Source: Camelus ferus (Eukaryota). Taken from it: 64,000 bases of DNA. The notes under the pieces are model-generated. The model searched no databases. It saw only the letters and a program-made list of their open reading frames with translations, and had not been told where the DNA came from. Made by a program: the position numbers and the translations under genes. The stretch spans positions 7,378,001 to 7,442,000 of the forward strand of contig NC_045714.1 in NCBI RefSeq assembly GCF_009834535.1. The letters are read 5' to 3'. Of the stretch, positions 36,541 through 51,307 are shown in pieces. The number at the start of each line of letters is the position of its first letter. Within the stretch, counting starts at the first letter, position 1.

Positions 36541-37299
36541 AAGAGCAATAAGTAGTCCCTAAATTAAATTAGATGGATCAGATTCCTATACATGTAGGGG
36601 ATGGACTGACTGGAGGAAGAGTGAGGATTAAAAAGAAGAAGAAAAAATGATAACAAGCAAAAAAAATATCCACCAAACACAAACAACCTAATTATCCACA
36701 TCTATTCCACATCTGTTCAGTTTGGTGATTTATCGTTCTTGAGTGAATGATACCTATGATGCAAATTTTGTCATGTCTTTCTAATGCAACTTGGGTTTTG
36801 GCAAATCAATTGGAGTTCAAATAAATGAGCCTTTGAGACACTGCATACACTCACTCTCTCTCTCTCACCCTTCAAGATGCTCCCAGTCAGAGCAACCTAC
36901 TCTTTTATAACATACAAGGCTGTATAATTTTCTCCAAGAATACAAAGAATCTTGTCACTAAGCATAACAATTTTGCCATATACACAACAGGAGGTAGAGA
37001 CTTGATACGCAACAGAAATTTCAGCCTTATGAAGCTCAACATATGCTAGGGCCATCTACCTTAATTTAAGACCCAGGGTTCAGGAGGAATTCCTTTGCCA
37101 ATAAAACCAATAAGATTCATTTGAAAGTATTGGAAGTATTATGCAAACTGTACAGTTTTAGGTAAGTCCAATTTGCTATTTTTTTGGAAAAAGCAATACT
37201 TTCTTATCTTTTATTTCATTAAAAATATTATTTTGAATTGTTGATTCATGCAGTTCATTTTGATCATATGTCTCACAAGTTGATGTATGCACTAAAACT

Positions 37300-37790
37300 A
37301 AAAGTTAAAAGTGGTCATATACTCCAACCTAGCAAATCCACTGTTCGAAATTAATTCTACAGAAATACTCATGCAAATGTGGAAAAATATATGCATGAGG
37401 ATGGCCACTGCATTATTACTTGAATAGGAAAAAATCTGAAAATACCTAAATACCTTTCAATAGGACTGTCTCAATGCATAATAACCCGTAGTGTGAGATA
37501 TTCTGTAGCTGAAACTCCCCGAATGAAGTACATCTGAAATGTGGGCATAGAAGGGTATCCTGAATATAAATCTAGTTACAGTTGAAAAGAAAAAAAAGAA
37601 AAGAGAGGAAAATATAACATTTCCTAAAGTTATCTTTCAAGCTTTCTTTTATTAGCCTAGTAAAAACTTAAAAAAAAAAACACCACACTAAAAGCTTAAC
37701 AACAGTGATTGAAGAAAGGATTATAAGAAACATTTCATTTCTATTTTCAATACTTTTGAGCTTTTTCGTGCAGTAATTCTGAAAGCAGAA
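37300..37790 (+). mobile_element. L1ME-type 3' region
   Basis: catatactccaacctagcaaatccact...ttattacttgaataggaaaaaatctgaaaatacctaaatacc. Confidence 0.55.
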
Positions 37791-40189
37791 CATAGAAAAG
37801 AGGACAGAATAGGTGATTAGAAGACTTCGATTTGGGTTGCAGAGAGACTCTGGTCAAGTTACATAGTGACTCTGAGCATGTATGTCCTCAAACGTACAGT
37901 GCGGGTTGTGACAATACCATGTTACGGTTTTATTATTATTTTTTTGAAGTCTGAATGAGGTGTGTAAAGCACTCTGCCCTCTGTAAAGAGCCAAGAATGT
38001 TGCGGTTTCTTTTGTTGCTCGAAACATCAGGATATGACGGCAGGGCCCCAGTACTCAGTGCTGATAGTGTATCTAGTTCAACACATTCGAAACCAGGGTA
38101 GAGGGGAAGTGCTTGGAGCTCAGTGCAGCTCTGCCCACCACTTCTCCTTGACCCCTAACCCCTTTCGAGACACTTTTCAGGCTTCCAGTGGCACCCCGTA
38201 AGTAAATGTCACAAGGCCTTCTGTTGTCCACTTTTATGCTTTTGTATAAGCATAAATCAATGTGTTCTTTCTCCCAGGAGCATTTGCAATTGTATGTTAC
38301 TTGACAATATCTGCCAAAGGATGTTGTGATTTTATCCCAAATGAAAGGAGTCTCAGCCCCCAGCAGACAAACCAGGAGAAATTCAAGCAGGCAAGATTCT
38401 TCCTGGAATCCCTGGAATTATATAGAACAGTATTTCCCACTTGTTAGTCACTCGCCGTCAATGTTGCCCATCCATGTGCCACCTCTATTATTTCACTCTG
38501 TTCTCCAACTCTATTTCTGTTGTGTATCAAGTCTCTACCTCCTGTTGTGTATATAGTTAACTAGCTGAAAAATCTATTTTAAAAGGAAATAAAAACGAAT
38601 ACCCTTATAGAAAGTATGTATTGATAAAAAATATATATATATGACTAATAAAATTTTAAAAGTGTTCATCTGTGCCTCACCTAAAATGGTGCCATTACAA
38701 GAGGGGAACATTTACCACCCTTAGGGCAACAAAGGCATAAACTGTCTCTGTTTCATTACAACGAGTTCCTTTTAGCATTTCTCTGTGGACAAGAGACCAA
38801 AACCTATTAAGCACTTTATGGATTGTGGCAGCAAGACAGTCCTGATGGTCCAGAGTGGGACAGTCTCTTCCCAGAGGGGTGGGCAGTTGTGCCTTCTTCC
38901 CTGCTATGTCCCCAGTGCTTGAGTGTCTGGCGAAAAATAAGTGCTTAACAGATTCTGGATGAATGAACAGAAAAATGAATGAATGAATGAATGCAGTGTT
39001 TCTTGTTCAATGCTAGTGGCTTTAAAAACAAATTTCCTATTCATTTCTTTTTAAAACAAAAACAATTTTCATTTGTCATATATCAAACTCCTTTTGTCCA
39101 TCTTGGAGTACCACATTTTTTAAAGAGCCGAATCCAGTTCCTCCACGATCACAAAGCTTGAGTTTGCACAAAGGATGAGAGAACGGAGACTATGCTTGGC
39201 TGTTAGTGGAGTTTGTAAAAGGAGAGAATTAACTGTACATCCTATATATATATTTGCAATAATGTCAGTACTAGACGCCTTTTGTTCTTATTTAATTGTA
39301 GAGTCTGCCTGACTGAAGTACCATGCAGAAGTTGTCAGTTATATAAAATCAAAGGACCTGAATCCTGGCATCCGAAGAGCTGTTTAATTTAAGACCGTTG
39401 GAACTCACATAATATCATTAAGTCCTGTCATGTCTCGACAATGGATTTTTTGCTAGATCCAAGTGGATCCCAGGCTAAAACCAGGGAGAACTGAAGAATA
39501 TACACATACGTGTGTATATGTATGTATGCACACTGCTGTAAATCATACCAGAATATTCTAGTTTGCAACAAATATGCACAATATTAGGCTGTGAACTACC
39601 AAGTATTCCAAATTCGGAGTATTATAATCCTTTTCTTAGTATAACTGACATAATTATTGTTTTCAGTGAAATCAGAGATTTTCTTTATGCAATCTATTTT
39701 TAAGAAAGAGATAGATACGTGCAAGCTTACAGCACACACACACCTATCATATAATTATATTCTTTCTGAATTTTTATACTCTCTGCTGTGATTTCCTTTA
39801 TGTCTTATTGGGGTTTTCATCCAGCCATTGAATGACTGGAGGAAAAGAAATAGAAATGCTTTTGTCATAAACATCAGTGTGCCTGGATTACACTACTGTA
39901 TATAGAAGTAGGAGTTTTTCAATTTTTGCATTCCTGACATCCTGCCATTTCAGATCCCTACTGTCTTCCCATATCTGAGTGTTGCAGATATGCAGTTTGC
40001 ACTTTCTATGACTGGCTGTTGTTTGAAAAATTAAATGTTTGGAGAGGACATCTGTTTGTGTGTGTGTGTCCCACCCTTCCAAGTATCCATTCACCTGTTT
40101 TTGGTAAGACAGCCCCAGAATTTTCATTTAATGAATCACAGCTCCCACCACCCTCTCAGCTCAAATGTTTATGTGTGATAGGCCATAAG

Positions 40190-40370
40190 TAAGGTTGTCC
40201 TAAAATATAGGACACCTAGTTACATTTGAATTTCAGATAAACAATGCATTTTTTTAAGTGCAAGTATAGCATGGGAGACACATGGTACTAAAAAACAATT
40301 CATTTTTTATCTGAAATTCAAATTTTACTGGATATCCTATGTTTTTATTTGCTAAATCAGGTAACTTCTA
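40190..40370. mobile_element. MER53 palindromic hAT MITE inside an old MLT1 LTR (about 40065-40555)
   Basis: tttgaatttcagataaacaatg...tttatctgaaattcaaattt inverted arms; ends taaggttgtcc and ggtaacttcta. Confidence 0.85.
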
Positions 40371-41048
40371 GCCCCAACTCTTAGCTTCGGGCCTGGGCCC
40401 TAATTGATGTAGGCTAGATCAGCATTTCCCATCTCAAGTGACTGGAATTTTTATTGGATGCCCAAGGGAGAGACACACTTTCTTTCCTCTGGATTTGAGG
40501 CTGAGGATAGGATTGTCTGGAGCTGTTGCTGCAGCCACATTGAGCCATGGAGGGACAGTACATAATGGTAACCATAATATCTATGGTCTAGGCACTGTTC
40601 CAAGTAAAACACATTCGCTCATTGTTCGGTCTGTTGTTTTGTGCTTGACTATAAAAGTGAAGGTTAGGGTTAGATTTATTAGGTTGAACCATAGTTATTT
40701 TCTGGCTCAACCTACCAGTTTTCTCTCACAACCAGGTGTGATGGCTGAGTGATGACATCAGGGACCCGGGTTTCTTTGTTTTTGCTCATCTACAATCCTC
40801 AGCATGTGGTTTTCATCTTCATGGTCACAAGGTGGCTGCTACTCCTCCAGGCATCCTTTTGTCATGTCAGAACAGTGGGGGAAAAGTCAAATAGCTTTTT
40901 CCTGGTGAGGTTTATCTTCTATTCAGAAAACATTCCTGAATTTTGGGGCAAGAAACTACTTTCTTTACTTCAGTCTCTTTCCCCTTTTAGCAATGAAGCA
41001 CCCAGAACACGGATAATGTAGGTAACCTGTTCAAGGCTACACAGCTAG

Positions 41049-41449
41049 TGTATTTTTCAGGGTTTTTCAGAGAAACACAATCAATTGGATATGTATGTTA
41101 AGGAATTTGTCCATGCAATGGTGGGGCTGTCAAGTCTGAAACATGCAGAGGAGACCGGCCAGCTGGAGACCCAGGGGAAGAGTTGATACTGCAGCTTAAG
41201 TCCAAAGGTCATGTGGAGGCAGAACTCCCTTTTCCAAAGGGGACAGCCGTCTTCTTTCTCTTAAGACCTTCAACTGATTGGATGAGGCCCACCCACATTA
41301 TGGAAGGTTATCAGCTTCAATCAAAGTCTACTGAGTTAAATGTTAAGAACATTTAAAAGATACCTTTACAGTGACATTTAGACAAGTGTTTGACCCTATA
41401 TCTGGGTACTGTAACCTAGCCAAGTTGACACCTAAAACTAACCATCACA
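41049..41449 (-). mobile_element. MLT2 (ERVL) solo LTR inserted in a MIR
   Basis: tg...cagagaaacacaatcaattgg... caactgattggatgaggcccacccacattatggaagg... gccaagttgacacctaaaactaaccatcaca. Confidence 0.85.
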
Positions 41450-41841
41450 TTCAGTACCAGGGGAACTAGAACCAAATCCTGGCAATGCTGTCATGGTCCA
41501 AACTCTTACCAGGCCACATTCTCAAGCCTCACTTGGCTTCTTTGAAGAAAAGTATTCAAGGAAGGGAAGGCAGTTGTTATCTCTCATGGGACAACTAGTC
41601 AGCAGATCTTTAGTCATTCTCTGTATGAATCACTTGATTTTACCTTTTCATTTTAAGATAAAACACAGAAAACCACATGTAGGAATTATATAGCTTAATG
41701 CAATAATATAACCTGAACACTCCTTTTAATAAACCACTCAGCTCAAGAAACAGAACTCTTCACCTCAGAAACCCCTTCATGTATTCTGTTCCCAGTCCCA
41801 ATTCACTTTCTCTCCTCCAAGATAACCATGATCTTGACTAG

Positions 41842-41995
41842 GGGCTGGTCTGCCCCTATTTTTGTAAGTAAAGCTTTATTGAACACAGCCATGCCCACTT
41901 ATTTACTTATTGTCTATGGCTGCTTCCATGCTGTAATGGCAGAGTTGAGTAGTTATGACAGAGACTACTGGTCCGCAATGCCTAAAAAATAGTCC
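41842..41995. mobile_element. MER58A
   Basis: tttttgtaagtaaagctttattgaacacagccatgcccac...gcagagttgagtagttatgacagagac. Confidence 0.8.
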
Positions 41996-41999
41996 TGGA

Positions 42000-44900
42000 A
42001 GAGTCCTAATCTCTACTCTCACAATGGTAATTTCCATGAGTTTTTAAATACTTGTATCACTCAGGTGTTCATCCCTAGCCCTTGCCTTTTTTTGGTATGT
42101 CTTTTAGGTCTTTTAATTGACAAGTTCCCCCTCTATTCCTTTATTTTCATTGCAGTTCATCTGTGAACGACCCAGGCGATTTAACCTGTGGTTTCAAACA
42201 ATCTGGATTTTGGAATTGCATCCTCTTGGTGTAGCTCAGCATGTTCCTCTGTTTATTGTATTTCCTGCAAATTGACAGATGAATCCAGAGACTTGATCAG
42301 ACTTGGATTGACTTTCTCTGGCAAGACTCTTGGTTGTGGTGTGTTCAGGAGGTATAGAATGTCCGGCCATCTCTCTGTCTATGACATCACACCTGTTGCT
42401 GCATGATACTTACATCAGATAATTCACTGTAGCTTGAGAAATGTTGATACTCTGATTAAATCAGTACATTTTTTATGTAATACTTTATAGAAACAGATAC
42501 TTTGCCTCATCTTCCATTTGAGTTCCTGGAAGTTCCTTAGGAAAGGCAGGATGAATACTGCATTCTTCCTCTTTATAAATTTTTTAGACACTAAATTTGT
42601 TCTCTAGCATCTTCCAAAGGGTACTGCTTAGTTTTATTATTGTGTTTATAATGCTATTAATAATGAGATATGTGATGGGTTTCAGCCCATTGCAGTTATT
42701 GTCTTACTGAAGCACAAATCATTCCATTTGGGGAGCCTTTTTCAGTTGACTCCTGAGTCCTTCTGACATGACCCTGATTAATCATTCACTTTCTGGTACA
42801 AGGTGTTCTAAACTCATCTACATTTTCTGCCCCAGATCTGGAGAGATCCTTCCAACCCTTTTCAAAATGGTATTTCAAGACCACAACGTGTATGCTAGGA
42901 ATGCTCATTTTTGGTTGGCTGGTCACTGGTTTTAGGTTTTTACTGTATAGAGAGGCAAGAAGAAGATAAAACACCTTATGAATTCCTATTGATACTTCCA
43001 AGTCAGGATTACAGGGTTTTGCTGAACCTCTTCTACATTATATCTATATTTTCTTTTTTTCCTTGTTGAGAATTTTGCTTGGGTTCATTGGAGGTGATAA
43101 AATGAGAATTCTCATTTGCTTATATCAGATTACACACCAACCTTGGAATAACAATACCAAAGCCACTACCATCAATATGATTACTTAAAACTGCTGAAGT
43201 TATTTTCACCTTTTCCCTCCATTCCACACTCCCTCCCCTTTTTATGATTGCTGTACTGCATGATCTGAGCAGGTGGTCATTGTGGACTGTATTTCTCCTT
43301 TATCTTTCCTTTATCTTAAACCTGTAAGTAACAGTATGTTTTATCTCCACCCCAAGTTAGTCCTTGTAGATGTTTCTAGTCATTTTGATCATCTGAAGCT
43401 CACTCGCTGTTAGATTCTTCAGGAAATACTCAGGTTTGGCAGATGACCCATTTTTTTTCCTGCTTCTTCTGTGCAGAGTCAGAATCCATGATTTGTAGTT
43501 TGTGGATGTTCTGAATTTTAGCCTGAGTTCTTGCATGTAGATAATGGTTCCCTTTATACTTGGAGGTCAGTTTTGCTGGATATAAAATCCTTGGCTCACA
43601 TTTCCTTTCCTTGAATATCTTAAGTATGGGACTTCATTTTCTTCTGACATGAAGTGTTGCTGTCAAAAAGTCTGATATAATATTTTTTCCTTTATAAATA
43701 ACTTTCTCTTTTTGCCTAAATGTCCAAATAATATTCTTTTTGCTTTTAAGTCCATTACATTTTACTTGAATACATATTGGAGATTATTGATCCAGGATGC
43801 TGTTCCACAGGTACAAGGTGTTTGCTTTCAACATTTAGTTTCAAATACATATTTTCTAATTTCAAGAAAGTTTTCCTAAATTACACATTTTGGCATTCTG
43901 TTCCCTTGCATTGGTATTCTTCTTTGCTAAGTCCTCTTTTCCATTGATTTTTGGATCTTCTCTGCCTATCTTTAATATTTGTCCTATTTTGTGAAATTTT
44001 TCATCTTTTTGTTTCTTTTTGATTTTAAAAATTTAAAGTCTTACTTGTCTTACAACACTATATATTTTGCTAATTCTTATATTTATTTTAGTCTTGTATT
44101 TTTTCTAGTTTAGCTTTCAATTTTAAATGACATTTTTCATTTGTAAATATTTCTTATGTTCTTTTACTTGATTTCTAAGTTATCTAATTCTGATCTGTGC
44201 TGGTTTTTTTTTTTTTATGATCTGGTATAATTTTATTGTATAATGTTGTACACTACAGTTCTGATCTGTTTTGTGGGCATGTCTTTCTGGCATCCTTTAA
44301 TCTCTGTAAGAATGTTATTGGTTCTTGGTTTTCTTTTTTCTCTTCTAATTTTGCAAGGGATCTGACCTCAGTACTTTTCTGTTGTCATTTTTGTGTGAAA
44401 TTAGTTTTCCTGAACTTTTAGAAGGAAATGTGATTCAGGATAATTTTTCTAGTCTCATAGAGCTTCCTCATCTGTTGTTTTCATGTACATCAGAAGTATG
44501 GTGGCTTACTTTCTGAGATTTTTCTGGCTCTTATTCCAACTTCCTCCCCCGACACATACACACATACTCTCTTTTATCTGAACTTTCAGTTTTGATTCTC
44601 TTCCCATCAGTTTCTCCTCAGCGCAGGGCCAAGTCCTGGAAGGGAATTTTGGCTGGTCGCCACCGAGGGTTCATGGAGCCCAGATAGGTCCTGCCTCTTT
44701 CAGAACTCACACTGGCCTCTTGCACTCACTGGCTGTTAGAACAGTCATAGCATTCCCAGTTCTGTCTGCTGCCTCATACTGGCCCACTGTGCTTTCCAGT
44801 GAGTCCTTCTTGTCTGTTTAGAGTTTCTGCTATTCTCAGGTCTATAGACATCCCATTTTTTTCCTGTGCTTCCTCTGTGCAGTCTGACCCATTGAGAATT

Positions 44901-45070
44901 CAGGGCTGTTTCCTCCATCCTCACACTTGAAATTTGGGGTTTGTATAGATGCTTTGTTACCTGCTTTTGTTGTGTATGTTGTCAATGTTTTTGCTATTTA
45001 GTTGCTCTATTTCTTTTTATGTAATAATTTCAGGAGATTAAAATATTTTGCTGTTGCTGCTACTGACATC
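42000..45070 (-). mobile_element. Long decayed old L1 (L1M/L1MC) segment
   Basis: About 3 kb T-rich stretch with L1M phrases (ttttgctggatataaaatccttggctcaca, ttgctgtcaaaaagtctgat). Confidence 0.6.
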
Positions 45071-45084
45071 TTTCCCAAGTCTCC

Positions 45085-46240
45085 CTTGTGTTGGTTACCC
45101 ATCATGTGTGACAAATAGTCACAAACTTAGTGGCTTAAAAGAACACCTGTGCATTATTTCATAGTTCTGTAAGTCAGAAGTCTGGGGGGGGGGTGGGTTC
45201 AAGTGGGTTCTGCAATTAGGGTCTCACGAGATTGAAATTTAAGTGTTGTCCTGGCTTGGGGTCTTATCTGGGTTCTTATCTGGAGTCCTTGAGGAAAAAT
45301 TCTCATACAGGCTCATTCAGAACTCAGTTCCTTGTGGCTGTAGAACTGGGGTCTCTGCTTTCCTGCTAGCTGTCAGCCGGTGGTCACTTTGAGTCCTAGG
45401 GACCACTCTCTGGTTTTCTCCTGGCTTCCTCCATCGGTATAGACATACAATGGAATATTATTCAGCTTTAAAAATAAGGAAATCCTGCCATTTGCAATAA
45501 CATAGATGCACCTGGAAGAAACTTATGAATTTCAATTTATGCTAAATAAGCCCATCACAAAAGGACAAACACTGCATGATTTCACTTATGTGAGGTATCT
45601 AGGGTAGTCAAATTCGTAGAAGCAAAGAATACAATAGTGGTTGCCAGAGGTTAGAGGTTGAGGTAATTCAGTTGTTCCATGGCTATAAAGTTTCAGTAAT
45701 GCCAGATGTGTAAGTTCTAGATGTCTGCCTGCAGTTGACAATGTGATATTATGCACTTCAAACCTTGTGAGGAGGGTAGGTCTCATGTTAAGTGCGCTAA
45801 AAAGTGAAAAGCTCGAGGAAGATTTGGAAGGTATGAGTTATATCTATTACTTTGATTGTGGTGGTGGATCATGTTTGCATATGTCCAAGCTTATCAAATT
45901 TTATACTTTAAATTTGTGCCATTCTTTGTATATCAATTATACCTCAATAAAGCTATTAAAAAGTCAGTAAAGGGGTGCTTTGAATCATCGTTGTGCTTTG
46001 AAACTCTCTGACCTCCCATTCTACTCTCAGCTATGGAAAATTCTCTGCTTTTAAAGTTCTCGTGTGACTACATTAGGGTCGCCCCCCCACCCCCCAGATA
46101 ATCATCCTATCTTAAGGTTGATGGATTATTAGCCTTAATTATATCTGCAAAATCCCTGTGTCACGTAAGGTGTCATGTAAGGTATCATAAGAGCAGGGGA
46201 TGAAGGTCATGAGGGCCAACTCAGAATTTTGCCTACCACA
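45085..46240. mobile_element. MLT1 LTR (minus) split by an L1MA 3' end (plus, about 45436-45961)
   Basis: MLT text stops at ctccatc and resumes at aaagtcagtaaagggg; the insert has caatggaatattattcagctttaaaaaataaggaaatcctgccatttgc...tacctcaataaagct. Confidence 0.8.
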
Positions 46241-49200
46241 TTCTCATTCCCTTATTTTCTTTCAATCCCAGTAGTTTATTGAGGTCCTACTATGTTCTAG
46301 ATCCAAAGCATACACCAGTGAACAAGACAGACGTGATCCTGGTTGTAAGAGGAGAAAATTAACGCTGAATGATTAATGAATGAGCAGGTGGATAGATAGA
46401 TGTAGGAAGGTCTAAATGCACATTTAGAGAAAAGCAGCAGAAGACTGAGGCTCAATATTANNNNNNNNNNNNNNNNNNNNNNNNNNNNNNNNNNNNNNNN
46501 NNNNNNNNNNNNNNNNNNNNNNNNNNNNNNNNNNNNNNNNNNNNNNNNNNNNNNNNNNNNNNNNNNNNNNNNNNNNNNNNNNNNNNNNNNNNNNNNNNNN
46601 NNNNNNNNNNNNNNNNNNNNNNNNCATCACACAGAGTCTATGGAAGGTAATAAAGAGGTGTAAATGAGAATTACACGGGTTAGTTGGTGTCATTAATGGT
46701 TCTTTTGTTCTGCTAGAGCAGCAGTATCTTATTCAGGAGACAGGGCTGCAGTTCTGGTTGACACAATAACTTAAACATACCCATTCAACTATGATTGGTT
46801 CTTCCAGGATGCTCTCCATCGCAAAAGCCCCTCACTCAAATGTATTGGCCACACTGTCCACTTCTGACCTCCCCTTTTTCCTGAGCCTTGCAGGGGCTTT
46901 AGTCATGTGGAGACATGTACTTTGTCAGAGTATGGTTCCACTCCTATCATTCTGTGTATGCTCTTGACATGGTTCTTTATTTCCTAGAAAGTTTCTAATC
47001 TGGTATCCAGCCCCTAATGAAATAAAACCATAGTGATCAGTTTTACAATAGACGCTACTACATGGGGACCCTGCTTATTTATTCAGAAATGTATGTCATA
47101 AAGATTGAATGAGAAGCTACTATTCAGAGCTGGGAAAAGCAATACTGTGTGTTAGGAAGAATCAGCATTTGTTAGCATAAGTAAGACTCTGAGTCTTGAT
47201 TATAAGTGTCAGTATGTTAAAAAACATTGACTAAATCCAGTGTGAAATCACAAGCCTGTAATGCAAATATATTTGGGGATATGCAAACACATTTATCCAC
47301 GGATTAATTCATTCACTCAACAGCAGTTTATTGAGTGCCTACCATGTGCAAGTGCTCTTCTAGGTGCCAGGAATGTAGTGGGAAAACACTCATAAACTTG
47401 TAATGCCCTTTGAGAGCTTATATTCTATTATAAGGGACTAGAAAATGCACAAAATAAAGACATCATTCCATTATCATTTATTGATAGACAGTAATAACTT
47501 TAATGTTAGCAAAGAAGTTTGGCTGAAACAAACTTGGAGAGTCTGTAATAGAAATATAAAGAGATTTGCTCTGTTTGCATATGTATTCGTGCTGTCTCAT
47601 GTGGACATTGCTAAGAATTGTGTTATCTTGGTTGGCCCACACATTTTTCGCATTCATTTCAAGATACAAAGTCATCAGTTAGCTGAATCTATTTATGTTG
47701 GTACTCAATAAGTGTTTATTGAATACATGGATATTACTGAGTTTAATTTTTATTAAAAATAGTTATTATAATTAAATTTCACAAATATTTTTGAATTATG
47801 TATTTTACACTAGCCTACATGAATGATGCTAGTGTCAGCACGACTAATAACTGCTACAATTTAATTTTTAGTTCTTAGCTTATTTGTCACCTATTTTAGA
47901 AAGATTTCCTTGGTCATTCTATCTACCAGGTATATGAACTATTACTTAATACTGCATCCTTCTAGTTTCCTTGATATTTGTTTTCTCAATGCACGCACAC
48001 AGTTTTATTTTTATGTATAATTGCTTATCATCTCTTTTCCTTAGTAGGCTGTAAACATCAGAAGGGAGGGGTTAAATCAGTTTTATCTGTGAATTCCCTT
48101 CATGATAACTGCCACATAGTAGTCCTTCAAGAATATTTACTAAATGAATGAAATCTATTCCCCTCCTTTCTCCTCCTGCTCTTCCCTCCTCTATCCTCGC
48201 TCCTTTCCTTCCTTTCTCCTTCTTTCCTTCCTTCCGTTTTCTTCTATCCATTCACTTCTTATTTCGTCTTTTCTGCAAATACTTATAGAACAATAATGGC
48301 AGCTAGTTTATTTATTGAGAGTTTATGAGCTACCAGACACCTTGGAAACAGATTAGTGATAATGCCTTAAAAAATGAAAGAAAACTAAATCTTATTGAGT
48401 GCCTACCTTGTATCAGGCACCATGCCAGGCTCTTTCTGCAAATTGTTCTCAATCCTTAAAAACCCCTGCACAACAATCATTTTCACTCCATTCGACAGGG
48501 AAGAATCTGAGATTCTGAGAGGGCAGGTTGAATGCCCAAGATCTCACCAGAGAGATCAGTAAAGGTCAAACTAAGATATAGAAAAATCTCTCTGAATCAC
48601 AGCTGGTGCTCTTTGCTGTCTCAAAGTAAACAAGCAATTAAAAAAATTTTTGTATTATGAGCACTAAATGATATGTTTGGATAAACAGGAGTGCTGAGGT
48701 ATAAATTGACATTGCTCTTATGAATAACACTGCAACTTTTGTTCTTATGTTCTCAGTGTAGCTTCAAACAAAAGAACATCATCTGATAATTGGAATTCCA
48801 CCATCTGCTAATTGAGAGGGCTGAATGTTCCCAGAGGAGTTAGAGAATGAGACTTTGGGCTCCAAATGAATACAAGTGTTGGGACTACCTCCCACTTTAG
48901 GTCATTAAAGATCACATCTTTATGTCTCCACTTCTTTCCTTGTCTTCCAGCAACATGCAGGATTCCATTTGAGGACTCAGTTCTTCCTGGACTCAGTCCA
49001 CTTGTCCTGAATGAGGCTTCTTCCTCAGCGGCAGGGTTGATGCCTCAGGCTGAAGCTGAGCAGGGCATTGTATTCCTTGAGACACTAGAATGACTCAGTT
49101 CAGAGTGAGCTGAGCTGGCCCAATCATAGTAAATCCTGAGGTCTATGTAGGTATCACCAGAAAATAGATTCTCTACTGCTCTGGATTTTTCCATGGGAAG

Positions 49201-49409
49201 ATGGGATCTGGAAGGGCTGCAGTTATTTCTGCAGTTATTTTGTTACTGGAAGGAGCCTGGGGCTTCTCTGGACAAGAGCTGGAGAGAATGTGATTCCTGT
49301 TTACATTGTTTAAGCTCTGAATCCAGATGTGTCTGGATTCCCTTTTTGCTCAAGCCAGTTTAATCACTTTAATCTGATAGTATTCTAATTGGTTTGGCCA
49401 GAGTGGGAT

Positions 49410-49822
49410 GATTAGCTATGCTGGGGCAGTGCTGGCCAATGCTGAAGTCACCAGCCAACCCTGAAAATAGGCTAAATAACAAAAAGGTACATTTCTCACT
49501 CCTGTCACAGTCTGCTGGGGGTTGAGTGAGTCTCCTACAGGGCTGTTCTGAACATTAACTTAAGATTTGGGCTGCTTCCATGTTTTAGCTATACATCTTG
49601 AACATGAATCCTCTGGGGGCACCAGGGGCAAAGAGAGAGAGGGCAACAGAGGGTAGAATGGGTCATTATAAAGTGCCAGACTCCTGGGCAAACACAATGC
49701 CTGGAAAAGGCGAATTTTACTCATCTTAGCCCAGCCACATGGCCCCAACCTATCTGCCAAAGAGGCCGAGAAATGCTGAGGGTCACACAGATATCGGGTG
49801 AGCAATCACAGCTTTTGTAACA
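49410..49822 (-). mobile_element. Old MLT1 (J-like) solo LTR
   Basis: gattagctatgctggggcag... gggctgcttccatg... cccagccacatggccccaacc...gggtgagcaat. Confidence 0.6.
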
Positions 49823-50959
49823 GCCACTTTCTCTAGAACTTTGGTGGTTTCTGTGTTTTATACTCTCTAGTCAGAAGAAAGGTTGTTTAGGAAAAGATTC
49901 ACAAATCTACCCAGAGATGCTCCCAAGAGAAAATGCAGGAATCTCCTTACTTCTTGGATGGTCAGGCAGCTTTGTGATGCCATCCAGATGGTTCCCGCCT
50001 GCTACAGGAGGGTGCATCACCTGTGAGTCATTGTAACATCTCTACCACTCAAAGAGCTTCTTTGAAGATCTCCTACATGAGGATGCATTTAGCCCAGTAT
50101 TCTTCCATATTAATTTGGTACAGTTTTTCTCTTACTATGTGTTCTGATTTCATGGGTTGCTCAGCTGCTTGTCTGTGCTGTCCTTCCTTCCTCCCTCCCA
50201 CCCTGCTCTCCCTCCTTCTCTCTCAGCCCCGTTCTCTTTTTCTTTCTTTCTTTTTTTCCTTGCACAGTTTAAAGGTATAAACGATTTCAATGTATATGGC
50301 TACTCTTAGGTGATGGCCTTTTTCTCCTTTCTCTCCTGATCTGTAGAGCTGATATCCATACATTAGGGCCATGAACTATGTTTCAAATCCACAGTCCTTT
50401 CCTGTGCCTCCATGGCTCTTTGTCCTCAATCATCCTCTTGAAGTTCTTCCCCCGACTTCCTTTTTGAGCTGGGTGCCTGCAGCAACCCTGTAATTCTCCT
50501 CCTCTCCTCCCTGCATTCTGTTTAGAGATATCTAACAGCAACTGACTGGGTTTATATTAGCTTTTTGGATACATTTTCCATTTCTCAAGGATCTTTCATC
50601 AGGGGTTCTTTGCCAGTAATTACCATGACACTGAAGACTTGAAGGAGCTTCCTCTCGGCATTGAGTGATGGGATTTCTTAATACTACTTCTTTTTATTTT
50701 TAGAGGGGAAAATGAAATTAAATGTGCTGCTGCATACTAGGCTTATTTAGTCTGCAAAGACACTGGAATAATTCTGTTTAAATGAGTTTCAGCCTTCTCA
50801 ACCATTCTGTCCAGTCGCATGAAAATAAAAAAAAAGGTCTTTAGTGGTGTGTATCATTTCTCTAAGGATATTTGTACAAAGTCAAATATAATCATAAAGA
50901 CCATTGGTTTTGAGGATAAGCCACTCACTGGCATTTTATCTTGCATCAGAGTTTGGCAC

Positions 50960-51168
50960 ATTAGGGCCTTTGGGCCAAATGCACCTGCTGCCTCTTTTTT
51001 GTAAATAAAGTTTTATTGAAACACAGTCATGTTCATTTGTTTACACATTTTTTAAACCAGGTTTTGCACTGCAACAGCAGAATTGAGTAGCTGCAACAGA
51101 GTCTCTGCAGCGCACAATCTCTAAAATACTTATATCTGGTTCTTCACAGAAAAAATTAGCCAGTCCTG
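50960..51168. mobile_element. MER58-type MITE
   Basis: gggccaaatgcacctgctgcctcttttttgtaaataaagttttattgaaacacagtcatg. Confidence 0.8.
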
Positions 51169-51307
51169 AAGAATCCCACCTTGATGAACAGATGCATTTT
51201 TTTAGTAAGCATTTTAGGATTTTTGCATATCTAATTGTTTTTATAGGAAATACTGTTTACCTGAGCAATTTCACCACCCGTTGGCAGGCTTAACTATGAA
51301 GGTCACG

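Noticed and set aside
38278-38447. Plus-strand exon-like stretch (GAFAIVCYLT...QARFFLESLELYRT)
   Set aside because: Good acceptor but no convincing donor, and no recognised protein
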